Source: Anaeramoeba ignava BMAN
Lineage: Eukaryota > Protista > Anaeramoebae
NCBI GenBank assembly: GCA_028826165.1
Contig: JAPDFW010000061.1
Location: forward strand, 310,001 to 374,000
Reading direction: 5' to 3'
Length of the DNA: 64,000 nucleotides
The position numbers were made by a program, and so were the translations under genes. The notes below the pieces were generated by a model. The model saw nothing but the letters and a program-made list of their open reading frames with translations. It ran no database searches and had not been told where the DNA came from. Position 1 is the first letter of the stretch. Each line of letters opens with the position of its first letter. This document shows, piece after piece, positions 40,701 through 53,187 of this stretch.

Positions 40701-41677
40701 AAGATTTAGAAAATTATTCTGGAGATAATTTAGATGATTTTTCAAATGATTTTTCAGATGATTCAGATGATAATTCGGATGATTTAAAAGATTTTATTGT
40801 TTCAGATGAATCAAATGAATCAAGTGAATCAGAATCCAATGAATCAAATGATTTAAATGAAAATTTAGAAAATGATTTAAATGAATCAAATGAATCAAAT
40901 GAATCAAATGATTTAAATGAATTAAATGAAAATTTAGAAAATAAATCAGATGAATCAAATGAATTAAATGAATCAAATGATTTAAATGAAAATTTAGAAA
41001 ATGAATCAAATGAATCAAATGAAAATTTAGAAAATGATTTAAATGAAGATTTAGTTCAAAAAAATCAAATTATTCAAAAAAATCAAATTATTCAAAAGAA
41101 AAAAAGAAAATTATCACAAAGATTTTTGAAATTTGAACCTTCTTCAAAAATTAAAGAAATTCTTAAATATTTAGAGCAAACAATAGAAAAAGAACCAAAT
41201 GCAAAAGTTATAATTTATTCACAATTTACAAAATTTTTAGATATTCTTGAAACAATCCTCAATGAAGAAAAATTTAATTGTGTTAGAATTGATGGATCAA
41301 TGAGACAAAAAAAAAGAGTTGAAGTTATAAAAAAATTTCGATTAAGTCAAGAATCAATGATTTTCTTAATTTCTTTAAAAGCTGGTTCATTTGGATTGAA
41401 TTTAACAGAAGCAACACATTGTATTATTTGCGATCCTTGGTGGAATTCAATTTTGGAACTTCAAGCTTCAGATCGAATTCATAGAATTGGTCAAAAATCA
41501 AATGTTAAAATTATTAAATTTATTTGTGAAAAAACTATTGAAGAAAGGATTTTAGCTCTTCAAAGAAAAAAGGAAGAAATTATTCAAGAAACAATTGAAA
41601 CGAAAAAAATAAAATTAGGAATGGAAGATTTTGAGTTACTTTTTGGATTAAGAGATTCACTTGAAAATATGAAATGA
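37261..41677 (+). CDS. RAD5: RAD5/HLTF-like SNF2 helicase with a HIRAN domain and no RING finger; introns 37779-37913 and about 39358-39473; frame garbled near 38580-38640
   Basis: HIRAN-like WPKSIGT..VILER..FGKIDEQ..LASLID; RAD5-type LHPLY..FWYNP..FP..GGILADDQGLGKT; IILDEG, WILTGTPISN, LRMRQSCDHP, SQFT, SLKAGSFGLNLT, DPWWN, QASDRIHRIGQ. The extent of the N-terminal SKSN exon is less certain. Confidence 0.8.
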
Positions 41678-41850
41678 ATTTATTTGAAAATTAATTCAAA
41701 AACAATTCAAAAAGAAAAAAATAAAAAATAAAAAATTATTTGAAGAAAATTTCATTTTGATTGAAAAAAAAAAAAACAAGTTAATACAATTAATTATTCC
41801 ATTTCCTAAAAATTTAAAGGAAAAATTAAAGTAAAACCAAAGAAAAGAAA

Positions 41851-44800
41851 TTAAACATTTCTGTTTTGATTTTCAGAATGAACAGCATATTTTTCAGTTT
41901 TTAAATTCATCAAATTTCTACTTCTAATAGTAATTTTATCCATTTCAATTTCAGCTTGTCTATCTGATAAAGAACGGTTTTTTTTATATTTTCTTTGAAG
42001 ATAAACAAAAATAAAAACACCAGCAGATAAAATGAAAGTAATAGAAAGAACAACAGCAACAGCAGTAGTAGATTTTGAAGAAGAACTTGAAGTTGATGAA
42101 CTAGGATTAATTGAAGACGTAAAAACAGAAATTTTTCCAAGATATTGAGTTTCACAAGAAATATGAGTTGAATTCAATAGCAAAAGATTGATTCCTTCAT
42201 TTGTCCATGATCCAGAACTATTTGAATATCTTTTGCATTCAAATGTTTCTTTTTGTGATATTCCATTGAGCGGGATTGTGATTGAATATAATGATGTGAT
42301 ATTTTCAATAATTGAACCGTTTAAATATTTTATATCAAGTGACATTCCTCTTGATATTTCTGAATCTTCAAGTGATTGAATTGATAATTCGAAATATTCA
42401 TTTTGTAAATATTCAGGAAATACTGAATTATAAAAAATAATTTTGAAGTTTCTGTTGTTTGTTGCGTTGAATTCAATTGGAAAGTTGTTCAATTCCCATC
42501 CATATTTGAAAATTGCTTTATAAGTTTGATTATTGGAATCCATAGAAAAATTTGGTATTTCAGAACATGAATAGCTTTCCATACAAAGAATAGGGATTAG
42601 TTGTGACAAAATTTCAAGCATTTGTGTTTCAGGGTCATTTTCATGTTTGAGGTTATTTGATTTTTGATTTGATTTTGAACTTGATAATCCTTGTGATTCT
42701 ATTATATTATCAAGTATTTTCAAAAGTGTATTAAAATATTTTTCCATATAATTTGGATCTAAATCCAATTCTTCTTCAGATTGTTTTTCAAATCCTTTTT
42801 CAATAACATCATTAAAAATATCAATAATATTTTCAAGATAAATTTGAGAAGAATCAAAAGTTGAAGTTAATAATTCTGAAGTAATGCATATATCAGCAAA
42901 AAGAGATAAAGGATAACTATCATGATCATTAAGAACAAAATTAACAACATCACCAAAATTTGAAGAGAGAATTTCTCGTTGTTGAGAAAAAGAATGATTT
43001 TCAAAATGAAGAGAATTGTAATTAATAATTCTTATTAAAGTGTTCAAATGGAGAAAAGGACTGAAAAAAGAATAAATATCAGAAGATAAAATAGGATCCA
43101 AAAAATCATTAATTGAATCACTAATAAAATCATTGACTTGATTTGCTGTGTAGAAATAAGGATAATCTACGGATATATTTGATACAGTGGAAACTACAGA
43201 ACCGGTGAAATCAAGAGAGGAGTATCTTACTAAAATTGGAGAAGGAGGAAGAACAGGGAATTGAGCAAGATTTGCAAATGTTAAAGGAAAAACACTTGAA
43301 AAAAGTGGATTTTCAATTTGATCAGGAAATGCTATCCAAGCTTGAAATTTTAAAGGTATTTGATCCTCAGAATAATCAAGTTCACTCATTTGAATATCGA
43401 ATGTGGTTGAAAAATCTGCAACAGAATCATCAGATGGAGTGGAAATAATAGAAACATCATTTGGTGGACTTTTTGTTTCAATTTCATATTCTGCAAAACC
43501 GGAAATTGTTGGATTATTTTTAAGCTTAGCAGTAAAACGGAATGTATATGAGTTGCTAGGAATCAGTGAGTCTGGAAGAATGAGAAGATAAGTATTTGAA
43601 GAAGGAAGAGGAAACTTAGTCTTGTCGTCTATATCTATTGTAAAATCTGTACCTCGTTCAACAATGCTCCACTGGATGTTGAAAGTGTCCCAAAGTAAAG
43701 AAGAGGTATCATCAAACTCTTTGATTGTTGCATGAAGAATAATTTGCCGATTCTTGTTTATCTCCGAAAATTCAGGAGTTGCTGAAATTTGAACTGATGG
43801 AATCGTACTTGTGTCAATTACAAAAATATAAACGCTTTCATATTCTTCTTTATATTCAGTTGAATTTGAGGTAACTTTCAAAACAAACTTGTAGTAACCT
43901 TCAAACAATGTTCCTGCTGTTATATTGACAATAGGATCTGTAGAAAAGACAGGATTCATAAAACAGTCATCATTATAAAGAAATCCTGTTTTGCAAAACC
44001 ATTCAAAATTGAGATTTTGATAAGAATCTTCACAAAGATCTGGGTCGCGAGAATCAGAGCCATCAAGAATAATATCCGAAGAAATAGAAATTGTGCGGCG
44101 AATTCCACCTTTGATTACAACAGATAGATCTGCTGGAATAATTTCAACATTAATTGCTTCATTTGCTGTTTTTGGATCCATTATAATTTCCGGTATTAAT
44201 GTACTTTGATATTGTACAGCAATAACGAGTGAGAATTTTAAACTGCCAAAATAACTTGGATCAATTTTACAAAAGTCAAGATACAATTCCTGTTTTTCAT
44301 TTTCAATACCAAATGAACCAAGTGGAACAGTTCCTGAAATTTCATTTATCAATTCCCAACTGTATAAATGGTTCTTAATATCAACTCGATCAGACGTTGC
44401 GTTCACAATAAAGATGTTTGTTCGGTTTTTATGCACAAAAGTTGTGGATGGGGATTTAATGCAGACAACTGGAGATTTTGTAGAAAGTCTCCAAAATGAA
44501 AAATTGTTTACTGCAGTTTGGTTGTCAACGTCAGTCACTGTCAAATCAAAATTGTAATAACCAGTTTCTAAGAATTGTTCAGGAATAACACATGTTTGAT
44601 TTACACAAAATGATTCTAAACCTGGTGGTGTTTCCCATTCAAAGGTTATTTCTTTCCCAATAGAAAGTGAAGCATCTAAAAAAAATGCTTCATCTCTTCC
44701 AATTGAAGTTGGTCCTAAAAATATTGGCATTGGCATTGAAGCTTTTGACATTGATATAAAAAAATTAAATAAAAAAATTAAATAAAAAAAATTTAAATAA

Positions 44801-45054
44801 AAAAATTAAATAAAAAAAATTAAATAAAAAAAATTAAATAAGATCAAATAAAAAAAAAGAATGGCAAATAAATTTTTGTTTTAATTTTTGTTTTTTTAAA
44901 TGGGAAAAAAAAAATAAAGTGAGAAAATAAGTATTTGATTACTAATTTATTTTTGTTTTGTTTTTTTTAATATTTAAAACTTACAATATGAACTTTCAAA
45001 AAATGATAAAATGAAAACGAGTATTGTCAAAAAATGTTTACTTTTCAAAAACAT
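41851..45054 (-). CDS. Type I membrane protein with PKD/REJ-like ectodomain and GPS-like motif; exons 45054-44985 and 44741-41851
   Basis: Signal-peptide exon MFLKSKHFLTILVFILSFFESSY with gtaagt donor, in phase with aaaAG at 44743-42. REJ-like ILDGSDSRDPD..FEWFC; GPS-like C..W...G..THISCET; single TM AVAVVLSITFILSAGVFIFVYL followed by a basic tail. Confidence 0.75.
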
Positions 45055-45423
45055 TTGGATCTTATTATTTTATTTCGTTAATTGTTTTTTATAGATTCTT
45101 ATTAAAAAAATTTTTTTTTTTTGTTTTTTTCTTTGTTTTGTTTTTAAATTTTAAATTAAAAATTGCTTTTTTATTTTTCTTGTTGTTTTTAATTATTTTT
45201 AGGGATATAAAAAGAAGATAAAAAGAAGAAGAAAGAAAAAAAGAAAAAAGATAAAAAGAAGAAAAAAAATGAAAATTAAAAAAATTAAAATAAAAAAATT
45301 AAAATTAAAAAAAATGGCAAATAATAAAAAAGAAAATTTAATTTAAAAAAAAAAAAAGGAGAATTTTTAATTTTTTTATTTTTTTCTCCTTTTTTTAATT
45401 AATTTTTTTTTTTTAATTTTTAA

Positions 45424-45456
45424 TTTTTTTTCATTTTTTTCATTTTTTTTCATTTT
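45424..45456 (+). promoter_or_regulatory. Triple TCATTT initiator-like motif before RPN6
   Basis: (tttttttcatt)x3 ending 4 nt before ATG 45461. Confidence 0.7.
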
Positions 45457-45460
45457 AAAA

Positions 45461-47637
45461 ATGATTTCTCTTAAAGAAAAATATCAAAAAGCAAAACAAA
45501 ATAAAAATGAAAAAGAAATATTAAAAGAATATCAAGAAATTATTCAAACAAAAACTGAAAATGAAGAAGAAATTAAAATTAAAGAAGAAACAATTATTGA
45601 AATTGGTGAAATTTTTGCAAAATTAGGATTTGGTGAAAATATTAAAAATTTAATGGATTCTTTACAAGATTTTTTCCTTCAACTTCCAAAAGCTAGAACT
45701 GCAAAAATTGTTAGAAAATTAATTGAATTAATTAATCAAATTCCTAATTCTATTGATTTACAAATTCATGTTTGTTCTCATTGGATTGATTGGGCAAAAA
45801 AAGAAAAACGTTCTTATTTAAGACAAAGACTTGAATCAAAATTAGCTTCTTTGTATATTTTTAATATTCATTTATAAATTTAAATTCATTTATAAAATTA
45901 AATTAAAATTAAAATTCATTTATAAAATTAAATTAAAATTAAAATTCATTTATAAAATTAAAATTCATTTATAAAATTAAAATTCATTTATAAAATTATT
46001 AAAATTAAAATTCATTTATAAATTAAAATTCATTTATAAATTAAAATTCATTTATAAATTAAAATTCATTTATAAATTAAAATTCATTTATAAATTAAAA
46101 TTCATTTATAAATTAAAATTAAAATTAAAATTAAAATTAAAATTCATTTATAAAATTAAAATTAAAATTAAAATTAAAATTAAAATTAAAATTAAAATTA
46201 AAATCAAAATTAAAAATTAAAATTAAAATTAAAATTAAAATTAAAAATAAAATTAAAATTAAATTAAAATTAATTTATAAAATTAAAATTAAAATTCATT
46301 TATAAATTAAAATTCATTTATAAAATTAAAATTAAAATTCATTTATAAAATTAATATTTAAAAAAAAGATATTTAGAAAATACAAATTTCCAAATGGCTT
46401 TAACAACAATAACTAATTTAGCTAAAGAAGTGAAAAAATTAGATGATAAACTTTTATTAATTGAAGTTAATTTGATTGAAACTAAAATTCATATTGAATT
46501 GAAAAACATACCTAAAGCAAAAGCATCACTTACATCAGCAAGAACATCAGCAAATGCAGTTTATTGTCCACCTTTATTACAATCAGAAATGGATAAATTA
46601 TCTGGAATTTTACATATTCATGAACAAGATTTTAAAACTGCTTTTTCTTATTTTTTTGAATCATTTGAAGGTTATTCAACTATTGTTCTTGATCCAAAAC
46701 TTAAGAAAAAATATTCAGATAATATTGTTGGTCAAACTAAATTTAAATTTATTGAAAAAGAAGCTATTTCCACATTAAAATATATGCTTTTAACAAAAAT
46801 TATGATGGAACATGTTTGTTTTATTTTAGATATTTATATTTTAAATATTTATTATTAATATTTATATTTATATTTATAATTTAAATATTTATATTTATAT
46901 TTTAAATATTTATATTTTATATATTTATTATTAATAGCCAGAAGAAATTCATGGAATTGTAAATGGAAAAGTAGCATCAAAATTTACAGGAAGAGAAATT
47001 GATTGTATAGTTAAAATTTCTGAAGCATATTCTGAAAGATCTTTACATAAATTTAATGAAGCTATTAAAGAATATGATAAAGGTTTATTCTTTTATTTCC
47101 ATTTAAAAAAGAAATATTTATTCCAATTTAAAATATTTAATTCAAAATAAAAATAAATAAAAGAATTACAAGAAGATCCAATTATTAAAAATTTACTTAA
47201 TTCACTTTATGAAACAATGCTTGAACAAAATTTACTCAGATTAATTGAACCATTTTCAAGAGTTGAAATATCACATATTGCAGATTTAATTAAACTTGAT
47301 ACAAAAACAGTTGAAACAAAGTATAATAATTTATTATTATTTAAAAATTTTTATTTTAATTAATTTATTAATTTATATTTTTTTAATTTATTAAGATTAT
47401 CTCAAATGATTCTAGATAAAAAATTTGAAGGAATTCTTGATCAAGGAGCAGGATGTTTAATTATTTATGATGAAACTATTCCAGATGTAAATTATATTTT
47501 TTTATTTTTTTAAATTCAAAATTAAATTTTTTAAATTCAAAATTAAATAGGAAACTTATAAATTATCAATTGAAATTATGGAAAATTTAAATGTTGTGAT
47601 TGGATCTCTTTATCAAAAAGCAAAAGGATTAAATTAG
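45461..47637 (+). CDS. PSMD11: 26S proteasome lid subunit RPN6, multi-exon
   Basis: [101 protein letters not shown]. Confidence 0.95.
45870..46352 (+). repeat. Intronic minisatellite (ttataaattaaaattcat / aaaatt) in RPN6 intron 1
   Basis: Tandem 18-19-mers and 6-mers between donor 45853 and acceptor 46368. Confidence 0.85.
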
Positions 47638-47701
47638 ATTAAACAAAAATTTTAGATTTTAAAATTTTAATCAAATCAACTCAAATCAATTCAATTCCAA
47701 A

Positions 47702-47753
47702 TTTTCATTTTTTCTTTTTTTCATTTTTCATTTTTCATTTTTTTCATTTTTTT
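47702..47753 (+). promoter_or_regulatory. Five TCATTT motifs before MIOS
   Basis: Repeated tttcattt directly upstream of ATG 47764. Confidence 0.68.
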
Positions 47754-47763
47754 CCTCTTCAAA

Positions 47764-50700
47764 ATGAATCCAAAAATAAATTCTTTTTCAAATCAAAAAT
47801 CTTTCATTTCTTATTTTTCAAAATTTAATTATCATGAAATTGAACAAAATTATCCAAAAATAAAATTTAAAGTTAATTTCTTTTTTTTTTAAAAAAAGAA
47901 AAAAAAAATTTTTTAATAAAATTTTCATTTTATAAATAGACAGAAGAATTAAAATTAAACAAAAATTTAGATTCTCATGAACTTTCTGTATAAATTTATT
48001 AAAACAAAACTTGATTAAATAATTAAAAAAAAAAATTGTTTTGACATCTTATTATTTTTTTGAATTGGTAAAAATAAAAGTGTTTTGAATTAAATCCAAA
48101 TATCAATGAATTACAATTTGCAGTTGGATTTAAAACAGGAAATATTGTCTTATCAAATATTAATAATACAGAATCAAAAAACTTCACAATTCTTTTCCAA
48201 AAAGATTCTCCAAAAAATTGTAACTCAATTTCTTGGAATCCAATTTATTTTAATCAAATTGCTTCAGGATATCAAAAATCACAAAATGGATCAATTTTCA
48301 TTTGGGATTTGAATCAGATTTGTACTTTTTTATAAATTCAAATTCAAAAATTGAAAAATTCAAAAATTCAAATATTTAAATTTCATTTAGATTTTTCTTT
48401 CTCAAATCCTATTATTCAATTTGATAATCAACAGGATTCAATTTTTCTAACTTGGAAACCTAATGAACCCAATATATTATTTTCATGTTCAAAAAATGGA
48501 TTAATTTATATTTATGATATAAAACAAGGAAATCAACCAGTTCAGATAATTGAAAATTTTAAAGATGAATCAACTATTGAATTTCTTGAATTTGATTTTG
48601 TAATGAATTCAAGATTTGGATGTTTAAGCAATGGAAATGTTGCAATTTTTGATTCAAGAAAGCTTTCATCTCCAATATCCTAAAAACAAGAAAAAAAAAT
48701 ATTTTTAATTTTTATTGTTTTAATTTTTATTATTTTTTCCTTGACTACTTTGTAAGAATTTATTTTAAAACCTAATTTTAAAATTCAGGAATTTCATTGG
48801 ATCCCAAATCAAGAAAATTCAATTGGAACAATTTCTACAGAAGATGATAAATTTTATTTATGGAATTTACAAAAAGGAAATGGAGAAAATCAAAATAATT
48901 TTTTGGGTTTGTTGAATTGAATTGAATTGAATTTAAACAAGAAAATTAATTTTAATAATTAATTATTTAAATATCAAAAAATATAAAAATATATAGTGAA
49001 AAATTTAGAAGAAAAACCAATTTCATTTGATTGTATAAATAATTCAAGTTATTCAATTGGTTTTTTAACAAAAGATGGGAATGTTAGAATTGAAAAATTA
49101 TTTGGAAACACAAAATACTCAATGTTTCGAAAATCAAATACTCTTTTTCTTGATGATAAAAGTCTTTTTTCAACACAAAAACTAAATTTGGAGAATGAAG
49201 AAGATATTTCAATTGTGATGAAAAAAAGATGCTTAAAAAATTATTCATTAAATGCAAAAGAAAATGTAAATGTGATCAAAGCATTTCCAAATTTATTTAC
49301 TGATGATATTTTATTTATTTGGAATTATCTTTCTGTTGCAGAAAATGATCCAAATTTTATATTTAATGGAATTGAAGATATTTTAAATGATGAAAAACCT
49401 CGTAAATTCAAAATTAAATTCAAAATCAAAATCAAAATCAAAATCAAAATCAAAATCAAAATTTAAAATCAAATTCAAAATCAAATTCAAATTCAAATTC
49501 AAATTCAAATTCAAATTAAAATTAAAATTAAAATTAAATTCAAATTCAAAATCAAAATAAAAATCAAAATTAAAATCAAAATTAAAATCAAAATCAAAAT
49601 CAAAATCAAAATCAAAATTAAAATTAAAATCAAAATCAAAATCAAAATCAAAATCAAAAATTAAAATTAAAATCAAAATCAAAATCAAAATAAAAATCAA
49701 AATCAAAATCAAAATCAAAATCAAAATTAAAATCAAAATCAAAATCAAAATTTAAAATCAAAATCAAAATCAAAATTAAAATCAAAATCAAAATCAAAAT
49801 CAAAATCAAAATCAAAATCAAATTCAAATTCAAAATCAAAAATCAAAATCAAAATCAAAATCAAAATAAAATTTAAAATAAAAATCAAAATCATAATAAA
49901 AATCAATATCATTATAAAAATTAATATAAAAAATCAAATTTAAAATCAAAATCAAAATCAAAAATTAAATCCAAAATCAAAATTAAAATCAAAATCAAAA
50001 TCAAAATCAAAATAAAAATAAAAATCATTATTAAATTCAAAATCAAAATCAAAATCAAATTCAAAATTGAAATCATAATTAAAATCAAAATCAAATTCAA
50101 AATAAAAATCAAAATTAAAATCAAAATCAAAATCAAAATCAAAATCAAATTCAAATTCAAAATCAAAATAAAATTCAAAATCATAATAAAAATAAAAATC
50201 ATTATAAAAATCAAAATCATAATAAAAATAAAAATCATTATAAAAATTAATATAAAAATCAAAATCAAAATCAAAATCAAAATCAAAATTAAAATTCAAA
50301 TAGAAATAATTAACAAAGTATGGAATTCTTCCAACTTCCAAAAATTTAAAAGTCAACAAAGAGATGCTGTTGAAAAACTACTTCAATCATTAAAAATTCT
50401 TGATGAAAATCAAGTAATTGAATCAAAATCCAATATTGAAAGATGGATTTTTTTGAAAATTATAAATTTAGATTTCGAGGAAGTTGTTTCAATTTTAAAA
50501 GCAGCAGAATTAACAAGATCAAGTCATATTATCAGATTTTGCGAAAGCCCATTTTATGGACTTCTTTCATTGACAATTTCAGGATACAATGAAAAAATGC
50601 GAACAATTTTGACTAAAATGATGGATGAATTAAATTCAACAATTGAAGATCCTTATTTGATATCGTTAGTCACATTTCTATTACAGGATAAAGATTCCAT

Positions 50701-51544
50701 TGTGAGTATTGCGAATAATCCAAAAATAAAAGTACAAGATCGACTATTATTTGCTTCTTGTTTTCTTGATGAAAAGGAATTAAAAGGAATCATTCAAGAA
50801 TTGAAAAAGAAACTTTTTCAAGAAGGAAATTTGCATGGAATAATAACAACAGGAATTAAAGGAAACTTGGAATTTCTTGAATTGATCCAAAATTTTCTTG
50901 ATAAAACAAGTGATGTTCAAACAACAGTTTTAGTTCTGTCGTCAATTTACTCTTTAATTAAAAGGAATCAGGAAACAAGTGAAAAATTAGTTGAGGAAAA
51001 AACTTATCAAATGCTTATGAAAGTTATTGATTCTTATAGAGAATATTTGAATTCAAATCAATTGTTTGAATTTAGATCCTTATTGGATATTGGATTGCAT
51101 GAGAAAATAGGAAATGAAAACATGAACCAAAACAAACCCATTTTGAAATGCAATTATTGTCGAAAAGTGATGGATTTCAAGAAGTCAAAAGATGATTCAA
51201 ATGCAAGAATAATAAATAATTCTTTCAATGATTCCAAAACTTGGAAAGTTTGTCCTTTTTGTTCAAAACCGCTTCCAAAATGCTGTGTTTGTTGCAAAAG
51301 AATAAACGTTTGTGTTTGCGGGAAAAAGACTAATTCCACAAATGAGAAAAATTCTCAAGTTGATCTTTTTTTTGATGTTGAAAAATTGGATCAATCAAGT
51401 TTGATTTTTATATGTTTAAAATGTCATCATGTTTATCATATTAGTTGTTCAAATAATTGGTTTAAAAATCATTCAATATGTCCAGTTTCGGGATGTGAAT
51501 GTTCTTGCATAAGAAATTTAAAAGAAATTTCAAATTCAAATTAG
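47764..51544 (+). CDS. MIOS: GATOR2/SEA complex subunit MIOS (WD40 + solenoid + C-terminal zinc finger/RING), multi-exon
   Basis: FAVGFKTGNIVL, CNSISWNP..IASG, VAIFDSRK, DISIVMKKR..YSL, DPYL..FL, DRLLFA..FL, GNLHGIITTG, DKTSDVQT, C-terminal CPFCSKPLPKCCVC and CLKCHHVYH..WF..HSICPVSGCECSC. Confidence 0.88.
48675..48755 (+). other. Putative U12-type (minor spliceosome) intron with AT-AA ends in MIOS
   Basis: 5' site ATATCCTA at 48675; branch sequence TTTTCCTTGAC at 48735-48745; the nearest in-frame, stop-free junction is tgtAA|gaa, 11 nt after the branch A. Removal gives VAIFDSRKLSSP|EFILKPNFKIQEFHWIP. Confidence 0.72.
49404..50300 (+). repeat. aaaatc/aaaatt/aaattc hexamer satellite filling MIOS intron 49402-50303
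   Basis: Tandem hexamers with no G on the + strand; flanked by an in-phase GT and AG. Confidence 0.88.
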
Positions 51545-51658
51545 AATGTTAAACCTAAATTTCAAAGAGATTTTTTTTTTATTTTTTTTTTTTGAAAAAA
51601 TTAAATTTAAAATTTTTTCATTTTTTTCTTTTTTTCATTTTTTCTTCATTTAAAAAAA

Positions 51659-53187
51659 ATGATTTTCCAATTTTTTTTATCAATAACAATCGCAATATTA
51701 ATTCGAGTTTTTATTGCTTTACATTCACCAAAAATTTCAGAAATGAATTTTGAAAAACAACAACAAATAATGGAATTTACAACAAAAAATTCAATTAAAA
51801 ATTGGTTTGAAAATCAAAAAACAAGCAATAAACAACGAATTGATTTCTCGCCATTATCAGGATATCATTCCTGGCTAAACGGACAAATCGCGAGAATGAT
51901 TGATCCTCAAATTGTTTCTCGAACTCATTCAAAAAAAGATGAAGGAATAAATCAAATTTTTATGCGATGGACTGTCATAATTGCAGACTTAGTCCTTTAC
52001 TTTCCAGCACTTGCGCTTATGGTTGAAGACTCAAGCAGTAATACAAATCAAGCCGTGCAATGGCTGGCTATGGCTTTGCAACCAGCACTTTTATTGATTG
52101 ACCACGCATACTTTCAATATAATTCAATTTCAATTGCTTTTTGTTTGATTGCTATTTATTTTATTAAATTAAATAAGAAAATTTTAGCTTTTTTTTTCTA
52201 TTCTTTAGCCTTCTTTTATAATTCAAATACTTTGGTTTTTGCTTTACCTTTTGTACTTTATTCTCTTGGTTTATGGATTTCTGATTCTTTTGATGAAGAA
52301 AGTAAATTCAAATTAAAAATTAAAATTAAAAATAAAAATTAAAATTAAAAATTTAAAAAGTAGATCAAAATCCAAAAAACAAAAAAATCCATCCTTTCAT
52401 GTCAAATCTTTTTTTTCTTTCCATTTTAATTGCATTTATTTTTCTTTCTTTTTGGTTTCCTTTTAATAATCCAAAAAAAATCATTTTGGAAAATTTCCAA
52501 AAAATATTTTATCCTTTTGAAACTCAAACAAATTCAGAAAAAGATATTGCAAATATTTGGAGTGTCATGTCAAAGATAATTCCATTTCAAAAAAGATTTT
52601 CAGTTTTGAAATTGAAAATTGGATCATCAATTCTAACTTCAATTTTTTCAATGATAATCAACACTCATTTATTTTTTAAACCAACAACAAGAAATCTAAA
52701 TCTTGCACTTTTTAACACTTCTTTAGCATTTTTTCTTTTTGGATTTCAATTCAATGAAGAATTCATATTGTTTCCTTTGATAATTGCAACTTTTATGCTT
52801 CAAGATGCGAAAATAGGACTTTATATGCTTTGGTTTATTTTAATTGGAACATTTAGTTTATTTCCTTTCATGTTAACAGAAAAAATTTTTACTCCTTGTA
52901 TTTTACTTCCTGTTTTGTTTATTCTTATTTCTTGGAAGATTGTTTCTTTTCTTGGTCATTTTAAAAAACTGAAAATTAGTCTTTTCATTTCAGTTTTGAT
53001 TTGTTTGTTCTCTTTAATTCCTTTCTTCTTTCAATCTTCAACAAAATTTACTTTTACTTTTACTTTTACTTTTACTTTTATTTTTATTTTTCTTTCTTGG
53101 ATTTTCTTTCTTTATCATCAATTTTTTCCTTTTAATTTATGGTTTTTATTTCAAAAAAAAAATCTTAAAACTAAAAAGAATCAATAA
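51659..53187 (+). CDS. Divergent ALG6/ALG8-family GT-C glucosyltransferase; intron 52302-52363
   Basis: IDFSPLSGYHSW (cf. LDYPPLTAYHS), FMRWTVIIADL, PALLLIDHAYFQYNS, YPFE..KDIANIWS, LAFFLFGFQFNEEFILFPL (cf. FLFSFQVHEKSILL). Confidence 0.85.

Noticed and set aside
40500-41100. Intein in the helicase
   Set aside because: No Cys/Ser N-terminal block, His-Asn C-terminus or LAGLIDADG motif; plain low-complexity sequence.
49383-50359. ILIL/FDFD ORFs (likewise 2736-3231, 34649-34985, 37248-37751, 58861-59227)
   Set aside because: Alternate-frame or antisense readings of simple repeats.
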